64,000 nucleotides of DNA from Opitutia bacterium. Its GTDB lineage: Bacteria; Verrucomicrobiota; Verrucomicrobiia; Opitutales; UBA953. Below the pieces are notes generated by a model. It did not search any database. It worked only from the letters and a program-made list of their open reading frames with translations, and had not been told where the DNA came from. Shown here piece after piece: positions 42,749 through 51,644 of the stretch (positions within the stretch are counted from its first letter, which is position 1; each line of letters opens with the position of its first letter). The translations under genes were made by a program, and so were the position numbers. The stretch lies in contig CANCHK010000005.1 of assembly GCA_947377865.1 (NCBI GenBank), positions 3,303-67,302 on the forward strand, written 5' to 3'.

Positions 42749-42802
42749 CCCCCTGTCCACGTGTCACCTTGCCCACGTGCCCCCTCGAAGGCTTCGCCTT
42801 CG
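42749..42802 (-). repeat. stop-codon hairpin + tandem 16-mer (CACGTG) element
   Basis: Plus strand reads ccccctgtccacgtgtcaccttgcccacgtgccccct + hairpin cgaaggc-ttc-gccttcg (42786-42802), which ends 1 nt before the stop at 42804. Confidence 0.8.
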
Positions 42803-42803
42803 C

Positions 42804-45800
42804 CTACTTCTTCTTCGCCGGCGGGGCCGCCTTGAGTGGGTGTTCCTTGAGGATCTCCTCGGTCATGTAGAAGTTGATGCGGTCCTTGGTGGCTTCGCGG
42901 ACTTTTTTCACGGTGGCCGGTGAGACGAGCTTGCCGTTGTTGCCGAAGGACAGGCGCACGTAGCTGAGCACGGCCGCGGCTTCCTCGTCGTTGAGCAGTC
43001 CGCCGAAGCCCATCATGGGCGGCACGCCCTTGGTGGGGTCGAAGTGCTGGCCGCTGACCGTGATCTGGCCCCAGAGTCCTTTGAGCAGGATCTTGGTCAT
43101 GCGTTCGTCGTCATCGATCCAGTTGCTCTTCGCGAGGGGCGGGTAGATGTTCTGGATGCCCTTGCCGTCGGCCTGGTGGCAGGTGGCGCAGTGCGCGTCG
43201 CGGAAGTAGATCTCGCGACCGAGCTTGAAGACCTTCTCTTCGGCGGCCGTGAGCTTGCGTGCGGGCTTGGAGTCCGTGCCGGCTTCGGGAACGGGTTCGC
43301 CGATCTTGAGTTTACCGGCGAAGTAATCCGAGGCGGCTTGATTGCCGTCGAGGTTCAACTGGCCGGCGGCCTTGAGGGCCTCGACGTCGTCCTTGAGCGT
43401 ATAGCTAAGTGCGTAGTGCAGGACCGGGCCGACCCAGCGGTCGATGGGCTTGCGGAAGGCTTCCACGGCGATCTTGGCGCCGTCGGCGTTGTCGAGCCAA
43501 GTGGCGGCGACAATTGCCGTCAGGCGCACGCGGGCGTTCTCGTCGCGGACTGCCTGATTGAGGAGTTCGACGTGGTTCGGGATCTTCCAGAAGGAATGGC
43601 GGATGACGTCTACGGCGGCGGCCCGGGCTTCGAACTGCTTGGCCTTGAGCACCAGGGCGATGAGTTCGGCGTCCGGCTGGTTCTGCGCCCAGGTGGCCCA
43701 CAGGGCTTCGCAGAGATGGTGTTCGTAGGCGGGGTCCTTGGGGTCGAGCTTCGCGACCCAAGCCTTCACGGCGGGGAGCACTTCGGCGGGGGTATGGCCG
43801 CGGAGTTCGCGACGCGTGCGGTAGCGGGTGCGGTACTCAGGTTCCTTGAGGTTCTCGAGGAGTTCGGCCACCGAGGCGCCGTCGATCTTGGCGGGCTTCA
43901 CCAACGGGCGCTCGGGGTAGGTGATGCGGTAGATGCGGCCGTGCTCGTGGTCGCGGTTCGGATCGCGGGCATTGTGCTGCATGTGGCCGATCAGCGGATT
44001 ATGCCAGTCGATGAAGTAGAGCGAACCATCCGGGGCGAATTCGATGTCGACCGGGCGGAAGTTGCCGTCGGTCGAGGTGAGCAAGTCGCCGTTGTCCTTG
44101 CCGACGAAACCAGCACCGTCGTCATGCTTCGTGCCGAAGCTGATGCCGAGGAAGCCGATGGTGTTACACGTCATGAAGTCGCCTTGCTGTGCGTCGGGGA
44201 AGTGGCGCGAGGAGACGAATTCGGCTCCGGAGCTCGGACGGGAGCGCTTGGGGACGAACTGCTCGACCTTGATCTGTTCGATGCCGTACGGCATCTTCGA
44301 GGAGAGCGGCAGGGCCCACCAGTTCTCGCCGGGGGAGGCGTCCGAGAGGTACGGCTGTTCCCAATAATCGAAGGAGAAGCCCCACGGATTGGAGACGTCC
44401 ACCTGGACGCGCTCGAGGCGGTAGGACTTCGGATCGAAGCGCCAGGCGCCACCGTCGTTGCAGCGACGGGGTCCGTAAGGGGTCTCGACCTGGCTGTGGA
44501 GGAAGCGGCCTTCCAAGAGGTAGAAGGCGCCGGAAGCATCGGCGCAATAAGCCGAGATGGCGTGGTGCGAGTCATGGGAGTCAAAGCCGTGCAGGATCAG
44601 CTCCATGCGGTCGGCCTTGCCGTCCTTGTCATCGTCGATGAGCAGGGCGAGGTTCGGCTCCTGCGAGACGTAGACGCCTTCCGGGGCGATCTCGAACCCG
44701 ATCGGGATGTGGAGGTGGTCGGCGAAGACCGTCTGCTTGTCGGCCTTGCCGTCGCCGTCGGTGTCTTCGAGGATGATGATCTTGTCGTTGGGCAGCGTGT
44801 CGCCGGGACGGTAGGCTGGGTAGGTCGGAGTCACGGCGACCCAGAGGCGGCCCTTGGCGTCGAAAGACATTTGCACGGGCTTCTTGAGGTCAGGGAATTT
44901 CTCTTCCGAGGCGAAGAGCGAGACCTTGTAGCCGGGCGCGAGGGTCATCTTCTCGATGGCGGCTTCGCCGGAAAGGAATTCGGTCGGGTTACCGTTCTTC
45001 TCGCTCGGCTTGAAGTTGGACGGTACGGGCGGGAGAACGATGGTCTTGGAGTCGTCGACGGTCAGGTCGGTGCGCTTGCCTTGGGCAACGCCATGGATGA
45101 GCTCGTCACGGATGGCCGTCAGCTGGCGGCTCTTGAAGACCTCGTCGGGGTAGTTCTGCGGGCCAAACGGATTGTAGCGCTGGCCGTGGGTGTGGACGCC
45201 GTTGAGGATCGAGTAATCCGTATTCCACATGTAATCTTTCATCTTCACGGCGCCGTTAACGAGCGCTTCGTCAGCTTTGGAAGTGCGGGGCGTCGTGCCG
45301 TAGAGGCCATCGGCGAGGAGCTTGGCGACCTCGCGATAGCCGAAGTCGGTCGGGGCGAAGCCGTTGATGGTGTAGGGCGTCTTGCTCTTGCCGTAGGCGG
45401 CGAGGGTGGGGTGGAAGAGGTCGACGTACGTGATGCTGTGTTTCTTCGCGACGCGTTCCATGGCGGCGACGTAGAGCTCGAGGTTGGCGTTCTCCTTCTG
45501 GCCGTTCGGGAGGTCACGGGCAGCGGAAAGGTTCTCGAAGGCGATCGGCGAGACGAGGACGAGGCGCGGGGCGGTCTTGCCGTTATAAGCTCGGGTGAGC
45601 GAATGCGCGACGAAGGCGTCGACTTCGGCTTCGTAATTGGCGGCGCGGCCAGGGCCATCGAAGGATTCATTGTAACCGAAGAACGCGACGACGGTGTCAG
45701 CCTTCAGGTGGAAGAGCCACTGGTCCGGCGTGGAGAAGAAGCCCTTGCCGTTATGCTGGGCATATTCGGGGTGGAACTTCTCGGCGCCCGGGAAGGCCCA

Positions 45801-46199
45801 CTGGCTGGCGCGCGCGGGGTGCGGGCGGAAGGCCGGGGTGTCTCCGGAGCGGCCCATGTTGCGGACGACGAGGTTCTGATCCGGGAAGCGGAGCTGCAGC
45901 TCGGTCTCAAGGCGGCCGTAGTAGGTGTCTCGTTCGGCAAAGCCGTTGCCGATGAAGACCACGCGTTCGCCCGCCGCGGGCGGGGTGACCTGCTGGTTGC
46001 GCTGCGTCGTAGCAATCGGCGGATTTTCGGAGGGGGCGTGCGGCGTCGGCGAGCCCTTGCTATTGTCAGGCCAGTTGGCGGCGTTTGCCTTATCCTCCTT
46101 CGTCTTGAGCTTCGTGTAATCGTTGGGACCAGGCTTGTCGGCAGCGAAGACGCCGGCGGAAAGGGTGATGAGGGCGAGGAGGAAGGCGCGGTGCTTCAT
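42804..46199 (-). CDS. PVC-type heme-binding protein: SGNH/GDSL-like hydrolase + beta-propeller + HEAT + cytochrome c (CxxCH)
   Basis: N-terminal VVFIGNGFAERD SGNH-like block, dehydrogenase-like propeller, HEAT-like repeats and C-terminal HCATCHQADGKG...PPLAKSNW. Confidence 0.85.
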   Translation of the reverse strand: MKHRAFLLALITLSAGVFAADKPGPNDYTKLKTKEDKANAANWPDNSKGSPTPHAPSENPPIATTQRNQQVTPPAAGERVVFIGNGFAERDTYYGRLETELQLRFPDQNLVVRNMGRSGDTPAFRPHPARASQWAFPGAEKFHPEYAQHNGKGFFSTPDQWLFHLKADTVVAFFGYNESFDGPGRAANYEAEVDAFVAHSLTRAYNGKTAPRLVLVSPIAFENLSAARDLPNGQKENANLELYVAAMERVAKKHSITYVDLFHPTLAAYGKSKTPYTINGFAPTDFGYREVAKLLADGLYGTTPRTSKADEALVNGAVKMKDYMWNTDYSILNGVHTHGQRYNPFGPQNYPDEVFKSRQLTAIRDELIHGVAQGKRTDLTVDDSKTIVLPPVPSNFKPSEKNGNPTEFLSGEAAIEKMTLAPGYKVSLFASEEKFPDLKKPVQMSFDAKGRLWVAVTPTYPAYRPGDTLPNDKIIILEDTDGDGKADKQTVFADHLHIPIGFEIAPEGVYVSQEPNLALLIDDDKDGKADRMELILHGFDSHDSHHAISAYCADASGAFYLLEGRFLHSQVETPYGPRRCNDGGAWRFDPKSYRLERVQVDVSNPWGFSFDYWEQPYLSDASPGENWWALPLSSKMPYGIEQIKVEQFVPKRSRPSSGAEFVSSRHFPDAQQGDFMTCNTIGFLGISFGTKHDDGAGFVGKDNGDLLTSTDGNFRPVDIEFAPDGSLYFIDWHNPLIGHMQHNARDPNRDHEHGRIYRITYPERPLVKPAKIDGASVAELLENLKEPEYRTRYRTRRELRGHTPAEVLPAVKAWVAKLDPKDPAYEHHLCEALWATWAQNQPDAELIALVLKAKQFEARAAAVDVIRHSFWKIPNHVELLNQAVRDENARVRLTAIVAATWLDNADGAKIAVEAFRKPIDRWVGPVLHYALSYTLKDDVEALKAAGQLNLDGNQAASDYFAGKLKIGEPVPEAGTDSKPARKLTAAEEKVFKLGREIYFRDAHCATCHQADGKGIQNIYPPLAKSNWIDDDERMTKILLKGLWGQITVSGQHFDPTKGVPPMMGFGGLLNDEEAAAVLSYVRLSFGNNGKLVSPATVKKVREATKDRINFYMTEEILKEHPLKAAPPAKKK

Positions 46200-46213
46200 G
46201 AGAAGGGAGGGTC

Positions 46214-46229
46214 GGCATATTTATATGCC
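46214..46229. promoter_or_regulatory. AT-rich palindrome upstream of 42804-46199
   Basis: ggcatat-tt-atatgcc, 15 nt upstream of the ATG at 46199. Confidence 0.3.
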
Positions 46230-46291
46230 AAACTTACAATTATCCAGCCCGACTTGAAGACGGTCTACGCCGTTTCCGCTCAAATGTTGTC

Positions 46292-46495
46292 TTATTCCTT
46301 CCAGGTCGCCTTCAGCGATGCCCAGACCCGCCCGATAAGGAAGACGCAGGCCGCGAGGACGACGGCATGCCCGACGGTCCAATACCAGGCTACCTTCGGA
46401 TCGGCGGCGTGCAGGAGGCCGTAAAGGCACATCGCCCCGGCGGCCGCCAGGAACAGCAGGCGCACGCCGAGCAGGATGAGCATCATCGTCTTCAT
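46292..46495 (-). CDS. small two-TM membrane protein (hypothetical)
   Basis: Start trimmed to MKTMMLILLGVRLLFLAAAGAMCLYGLL. Two hydrophobic helices and high GC3. No homology recognised. Confidence 0.45.
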   Translation of the reverse strand: MKTMMLILLGVRLLFLAAAGAMCLYGLLHAADPKVAWYWTVGHAVVLAACVFLIGRVWASLKATWKE

Positions 46496-46599
46496 GCGGC
46501 CAAGTTGGTCGTCAGGTCCGACCCCGTCAAGGATACGCAGGGAGGGCTGTATCGATGACGGATGACTGAATGGATAAGCCAAACCAGTTGAGCCATACG

Positions 46600-46787
46600 C
46601 TCAAAGGGAAACCGGAGACCGGAATATATGTTGCGGCATAAATTTCTGGTGTCGGGTGACGGCCACGGTGGTCAGCCTTTCGGGTGTCAGCCGTTCAGCC
46701 CTCAGCCGCCGGAAGCCGGGTGCCAGCTCCCGATGGCCGAATGGCCGACCCCTGAACTCCTGATGCCCTTGCCCGTCACCCGACACC
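46600..46787 (+). repeat. 188-bp intergenic element, copy 1 (15-bp perfect internal inverted repeat)
   Basis: Aligns along its full length with 56337-56523 (roughly 80% identity by eye; the first 24 nt are identical). ggtgtcgggtgacgg (46648-46662) is the exact reverse complement of ccgtcacccgacacc (46773-46787). Confidence 0.85.
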
Positions 46788-46812
46788 GAGTCTTTCTGCC
46801 TCTAGCGTCTTT

Positions 46813-46865
46813 CCCTTGTCCCCATGTCACCTTGCCCACGTGCCCCCTCGCGGCCTTCGGCCGCG
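46813..46865 (-). repeat. stop-codon hairpin + tandem 16-mer (CACGTG) element
   Basis: cccttgtccccatgtcaccttgcccacgtgccccct + hairpin cgcggcc-ttc-ggccgcg (46849-46865). Stop at 46867. Confidence 0.8.
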
Positions 46866-46866
46866 C

Positions 46867-49851
46867 TCACTTCATCAGATAAGCGAAGAAATCCTTGAGC
46901 TCGGTATCGGAGAGTCCCGCGAGCAGGCCTTCCGGCATGATCGAGATGGGGCTGGCTTCGAGTTTCTCGATATCGGCTTGTTTCACGGTGGTGCGATTGC
47001 CAGCAAGGTCTTTCAGGCTGATGCTGCCCCCGCCTTGCGCGTCCATGATTCCCGTGAGGATGCGTCCATCCTTGAGCTTGGCGACATATGCGCCGAAGCC
47101 TTCGCGGATCTCGAGGCTGGGGTAGGTGGTGTTGAGCAGCCAGAACTCGAGGCTCTGTCGGTCATAGCCAGTGAGCTCGGGCCCGATCGCCCCGCCTTGG
47201 TCGAAGAGCTTATGGCAAACGGCGCAACGGCCGGCAAAGATCACCTGGCCTTTGACGGGGTCACCAAGACCGGTCTGGAGGAGGGCCTTGATGCGGGCCA
47301 TCTCGCGATCCTTCTCGGGCGTCGGACCGGTGAGTAACAGGGCTTTCCAGTGACGTTCGATTGAGGCGTCGATGGTCGCGTCGTGGTGGAGGCTGAGCTG
47401 GCGAACGATATCAGGCGTGAAATGCTTCTCGGGCACCTTCCATTCGTCGGCGAAGCGGACCAGCACGAGTGCCCATTCCTTGCGCGCGGCCAACATGCGG
47501 AGGGCGTCCTCGCGCAAGGCTTTATCCCCGGCGATGCTACCTTCATATTTCTCCAGGATGGCTAGGGGGATCTGGGGGCCGTCCAGTTGGGCGGCGATGG
47601 GCAGGAGGCCGCGTTTGAAGGCGGTGGCTCCGCCGGTGCGAAGCTGTTGCGCGATGGCGTCGGCGGCTTCGGGCTTCTTGGTCTGGGCGAGGGCTTTGGC
47701 GATTGCGAGGCGACGAGGCGCCGCAACCTTGGTATTAGCGAGCTCCTTGAGCGCCTTCTTCAGGCCATCGGGCTTGGCCAACTCGGTGGCGATGTCTCCG
47801 CCGGACTGTCGGGCTAGGTAGGCTTGCAAGCGTGCGCTGAGATTCGCTGCGAGGGGAGGAATGGCGCCGCCTTGGAAGGCAGCGGCGATGCCGGTCAGGA
47901 ATTTATCGGCAAGTTTTTCATCCTCCGTGAGAGCAATCAGGTCGGCACAGGCTTGCAGATTCTCAGCGCCGCCAGCCAAGGCGTAACGTTTGGCGAGCTT
48001 CTCGGCAATGTGTTCGCGGAACAGCGCAGTGTCACGGAAGGCCGTATCGTCGCGGAGGAAAGCGAACACGTCTGCTCGGTCTTTCTCGGCCTTTGACTCG
48101 AGGGCCCACCAGGCGAGCAAGGGAATATGGCCGCTGGTATCGTCGACCTGATTGACTCCCGCCCAGAGCAAGGGCAGCGACGCGGGCATCTTTTTGGCTG
48201 AAGCCAGAATCTGCGCACAGACTTCGATCTGCTTTTCGGTCTTGGCCAGTTTGAGGAGGGCGGCGTCGGGAGTATCGCCTCGTTCGCCCATGATCTTCAC
48301 CGCCCAGCGTCGCACATAAGGGTCTGCGTGATTGAGCGGCACAGCTTTGGCCTGGCCGAGCGCGTCGAGTGCCCAGAGGGCTTCGAGGGCGTTCGGTGAA
48401 GCGAGTCTCTGGCGGAGTTCCGGCGCGAGTTCCTGCAGGTTGCGCCAGCCGATCTCGAGGACGGCTTGCTTGCGGAACCAGACGTTGCGGTGTTCCAGGT
48501 AACCAAGCAGCTCGGCCGGAGGGCAGGTGTGCAGGTCGAAAGGCTTGAGCTTCGGGGCTTCGCCGGCCGGGTGCACACGATAGAGTCGTCCGCGTTCCTT
48601 GTCCCAGTCGTCCACCGGCTTCACGTGGCTGAGGCGGGTGTCGTACCAATCCGCGAGATAGATGGCACCATCCGGACCGACCCCGGTCCAGACGGGCCGG
48701 AACCAGCGATCCGAACTGGCGATCAGGTCGGCTTCGTCCTGCGTACGGAAGGTGGAGCCTTCGGGGATGCGCGTGCTGACGTAGACTTTGTTGGCAAGGG
48801 AGTTGGGGGCGATGATCTGGCCGTCATATTCCTTACCGAGTAAGCCGCCTTCGTAGATGGCGAAAGCCTGCGGGAAGCGGCGGGTCTCGCCTTCGCTCTT
48901 CATGTGTTCGAACCAGCCGAAAGCATAGGCATTGGTGAGCGGGCCATGCTTGCCCCAGCCTTTGATGCCGTAGCTACCTTGCTCGTAGTGCATCCCGCGG
49001 GTCGCGCCGTAGTTCGTGCCGGAGAAGACGCGGCCTTTGCTATCGATCTCGAGGCTATAGGTATTGCCACCACCTTCGGCGTAGATTTCGAAGACTTTGC
49101 GGAGCGGGTGGAAGCGCCAGATGCACTGTCCTTCCCAGCGAATGTTCTTACTGCTCCTGCTGCTCACGTTGCCCGTGGTGGTGCTACCGTTCGCGCCATA
49201 GAGCCAGCCGTCCATACCCCACTTGAGGCTGGTGGCGGTGCTGTGCGTATCCTCGAGACCGAAGCCGCTGAGTTCGACTTCAGGGTCGCCGACCGGTAGG
49301 CCGTCTCGGGTGGCGTAGCTGAGTAGGTAAGGCGGATTAAGGACCCAGACGCGTCCCATGCCCGGCAAAGCGGCGGTGGTGATATTGAGGCCTTTCAGGA
49401 CGTCGGTATGCTTGTCGAACGTCCCGGTGCCTTGCGTGTCTTCGAAGACGCTGATGATGTCGGCGCCTTTCTCGCCGCGGGGCGGAGGCAGCGGGACTTT
49501 GTCGAACTTGGCGCGGATGTGCTCGTCGTAACTGACGACCTTGAGCCCAGCAGGGAAGGGGTATTGGAGGTATTGGGTCACCCAGAAGCGCCCTTGCGAA
49601 TCCCAGCTGCCGTAGATGGGCTGCGCGAGCGAAGGCTCGGCCGCCATGAGGTCGATGGTGAGATCAGGGCGAGCGGTGAACTTCTTCAACGCCACCGCTG
49701 GATTAGAAGGCGGGGTGTCATCGGCCATCACGCCGCGGCCCTTGAAGGACTTCATGACCTGCTCGACCTGCTCGTTGCCCGCTTGTGGGGCGTCCGCGGC
49801 TATGAGGCCGGCGGAGAGCAATAGGAGTAAGGCCGAGGATTGCATCTTCAC
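46867..49851 (-). CDS. PVC-type heme-binding dehydrogenase-like protein (beta-propeller + HEAT + CxxCH)
   Basis: Paralog of 31251-34160. C-terminal GRCAVCHKLFDQGGAIGPELTG. ATGA overlap with the upstream sulfatase stop. Confidence 0.85.
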   Translation of the reverse strand: MKMQSSALLLLLSAGLIAADAPQAGNEQVEQVMKSFKGRGVMADDTPPSNPAVALKKFTARPDLTIDLMAAEPSLAQPIYGSWDSQGRFWVTQYLQYPFPAGLKVVSYDEHIRAKFDKVPLPPPRGEKGADIISVFEDTQGTGTFDKHTDVLKGLNITTAALPGMGRVWVLNPPYLLSYATRDGLPVGDPEVELSGFGLEDTHSTATSLKWGMDGWLYGANGSTTTGNVSSRSSKNIRWEGQCIWRFHPLRKVFEIYAEGGGNTYSLEIDSKGRVFSGTNYGATRGMHYEQGSYGIKGWGKHGPLTNAYAFGWFEHMKSEGETRRFPQAFAIYEGGLLGKEYDGQIIAPNSLANKVYVSTRIPEGSTFRTQDEADLIASSDRWFRPVWTGVGPDGAIYLADWYDTRLSHVKPVDDWDKERGRLYRVHPAGEAPKLKPFDLHTCPPAELLGYLEHRNVWFRKQAVLEIGWRNLQELAPELRQRLASPNALEALWALDALGQAKAVPLNHADPYVRRWAVKIMGERGDTPDAALLKLAKTEKQIEVCAQILASAKKMPASLPLLWAGVNQVDDTSGHIPLLAWWALESKAEKDRADVFAFLRDDTAFRDTALFREHIAEKLAKRYALAGGAENLQACADLIALTEDEKLADKFLTGIAAAFQGGAIPPLAANLSARLQAYLARQSGGDIATELAKPDGLKKALKELANTKVAAPRRLAIAKALAQTKKPEAADAIAQQLRTGGATAFKRGLLPIAAQLDGPQIPLAILEKYEGSIAGDKALREDALRMLAARKEWALVLVRFADEWKVPEKHFTPDIVRQLSLHHDATIDASIERHWKALLLTGPTPEKDREMARIKALLQTGLGDPVKGQVIFAGRCAVCHKLFDQGGAIGPELTGYDRQSLEFWLLNTTYPSLEIREGFGAYVAKLKDGRILTGIMDAQGGGSISLKDLAGNRTTVKQADIEKLEASPISIMPEGLLAGLSDTELKDFFAYLMK

Positions 49852-51641
49852 TTGAGAGTCATGGTCACGCGCCGAAGTTCCATCACACTTTTGCCAGGGA
49901 TGTCGGTCGCCCGCAGCTTAAGCTCGCCTTTGCCTGGCTCGAGCCGGACTTCGCCGAGGATCATCGTATGGAAAGGCTTCATGAGGGACTCGCCGGTGCC
50001 GCGCGGTACGACGTCCTGATCCGTGATCAGGGGCGGGTCCCAGGCATCGGCGACGATGCCCTTGAGGATCGTACCTTCGAAAGAGAGTTCGATTTTGGAG
50101 CCGACGTCGGCCTTGGGGCAGGTGTAGTCCAGCGCCACGACATAGGTGCCGGCGGTGATGACTTCGATATTCCAAACGGCGGAGTCGGACGTCTTCGTCC
50201 AGTTCACGAAGTACGAAGAGTTGGGTGCCTTACCGCTGCGAAGCATCTCGCCGCGCGGTTCTCCGTCGCGGGCGGGGAGCATCGTAATGGGGAATTCACG
50301 GTAGCCGATCGCGAGGGGGCGAGGATCGACCGCATTGCCGGGGCCGTTGGCGGTCTTGCCCTTGCCTTTGCCGGCTGCCGGGGTCGCGATACCAAGTTCC
50401 TTGCGCCAATCGGCGACCGCGGCGGTCAGTTCCTTGGCGAGCTCGGGCTGCTTGGCCTGGATCGGCGTGGTCTGGCCGGGGTCGGCGATCATGTCGAAGA
50501 GGTTGCCGGCGTTGTCGAGGCGGTGCGTCTGCGTGCGCACGCTGACGTTGTTGGCCCAGGAGTTGAAAATGGTACGCGGCGCCCAATCGGCATCTGAGCC
50601 TTTACTAAGCAGTGGCGTCAGGTCGCGGCCGTCGAGCGGCTTATCGCCGACCCGCTTGACGCCGGCGAGGGCATGGAGCGTGGGGCTGAGATCGATGGCC
50701 CCTGCGATAGGTTTGATTTGCGAGTCCGCGGCGATCTTGCCGGGCCAGCGGATGAAGAGGGGCGAGCGCACGCCGCCTTCATCAGTCATGGCCTTCTTGC
50801 CTTTCATACCGCCGGTCCAGCGAGAGGTGTTCGGTCCGTTGTCTGAGAAATAGACGACGATCGTGTCGTTCTCGAGGTTCAGCTCTTTGAGCTTCGCTAG
50901 GATGCGGCCGACATTGCGGTCCTGGTTCTCAAGCATGGCCCAGACGCAGCGGGTCGCGTCAGCCTCTTCGTCCTTCGGATTAGTCGCGGTCTGGGTGATG
51001 GGTTTATCCTTGAAGCGGTTCCAGTCTTCCGGCGGCACGGAAAACGGCGAGTGCGGCGTGGTGAACGGCACGTAGCACAGGAAGGGCTTGGCCTTGTTGC
51101 GGTCGATGAACTGCAGGGCCTTCTCGGTGAGGACGTCGACGATGTAGCCCTTGGAGGGTTTCATGACGCCGTTGTTTTCGAGCGGGGCATCGAAGTATTC
51201 TCCCCAGTGACCGGAGGTATAGCCCCAGAAGGTATCGAAACCGCGGGCGAGCGGGTGATAAGGCCACTGGCTACCATTGTGCCACTTGCCGAAGATTCCC
51301 GTCACATACCCTGCGGCCTTAAACGAGTCGGCAAAAGTCTTCTCGTCGAGGTTCATGCGCTCCTGGCCGGTGGAGACGCCGTAGACGCCGAGGCGGCGAT
51401 GGTAGCGTCCGGTCAGGAATTCGGAACGTGTCGGGGAGCAGACCGGCTGGACGAAGAAGCGGTCGAAGTGTGCGCCGGCCTTGGCAATCGAATCGATATT
51501 TGGCGTCGCAAGCTGGTGGTTGCCGTTGAAGGAGTAATCGCCCCAGCCCGCGTCATCGGCGAGCAGCACGACCACGTTGGGCTGCGTCGCGGCGGTGAGC
51601 CGATAAACGACAAGGAGCAGGCAGGCCAGGAAGAGACGCAT
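49848..51641 (-). CDS. Cys-type sulfatase with C-terminal beta-sandwich (CBM-like) domain
   Basis: VVLLADDAGWGD and CSPTRSEFLTGRYHRR. About 150-aa C-terminal extension of beta-rich character. Confidence 0.9.
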   Translation of the reverse strand: MRLFLACLLLVVYRLTAATQPNVVVLLADDAGWGDYSFNGNHQLATPNIDSIAKAGAHFDRFFVQPVCSPTRSEFLTGRYHRRLGVYGVSTGQERMNLDEKTFADSFKAAGYVTGIFGKWHNGSQWPYHPLARGFDTFWGYTSGHWGEYFDAPLENNGVMKPSKGYIVDVLTEKALQFIDRNKAKPFLCYVPFTTPHSPFSVPPEDWNRFKDKPITQTATNPKDEEADATRCVWAMLENQDRNVGRILAKLKELNLENDTIVVYFSDNGPNTSRWTGGMKGKKAMTDEGGVRSPLFIRWPGKIAADSQIKPIAGAIDLSPTLHALAGVKRVGDKPLDGRDLTPLLSKGSDADWAPRTIFNSWANNVSVRTQTHRLDNAGNLFDMIADPGQTTPIQAKQPELAKELTAAVADWRKELGIATPAAGKGKGKTANGPGNAVDPRPLAIGYREFPITMLPARDGEPRGEMLRSGKAPNSSYFVNWTKTSDSAVWNIEVITAGTYVVALDYTCPKADVGSKIELSFEGTILKGIVADAWDPPLITDQDVVPRGTGESLMKPFHTMILGEVRLEPGKGELKLRATDIPGKSVMELRRVTMTLK

Positions 51642-51644
51642 GGC

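Noticed and set aside
42786-42802. Calling the post-stop GC hairpins canonical rho-independent terminators.
   Set aside because: None is followed by a U-tract in mRNA sense; they are followed by the G-rich 16-mers. Only 42374-42397 fits the canonical model. They are reported as repeats or possible terminators at reduced confidence.
46601-46786. Small ORFs (61-84 aa) on both strands of the 187-bp element, similar between the two copies (also 56279-56515).
   Set aside because: Similarity is explained by nucleotide identity, and differences are spread without a codon-position pattern that I can see. Both strands are open, which is expected for GC-rich repeats. The idea remains testable (see finding).
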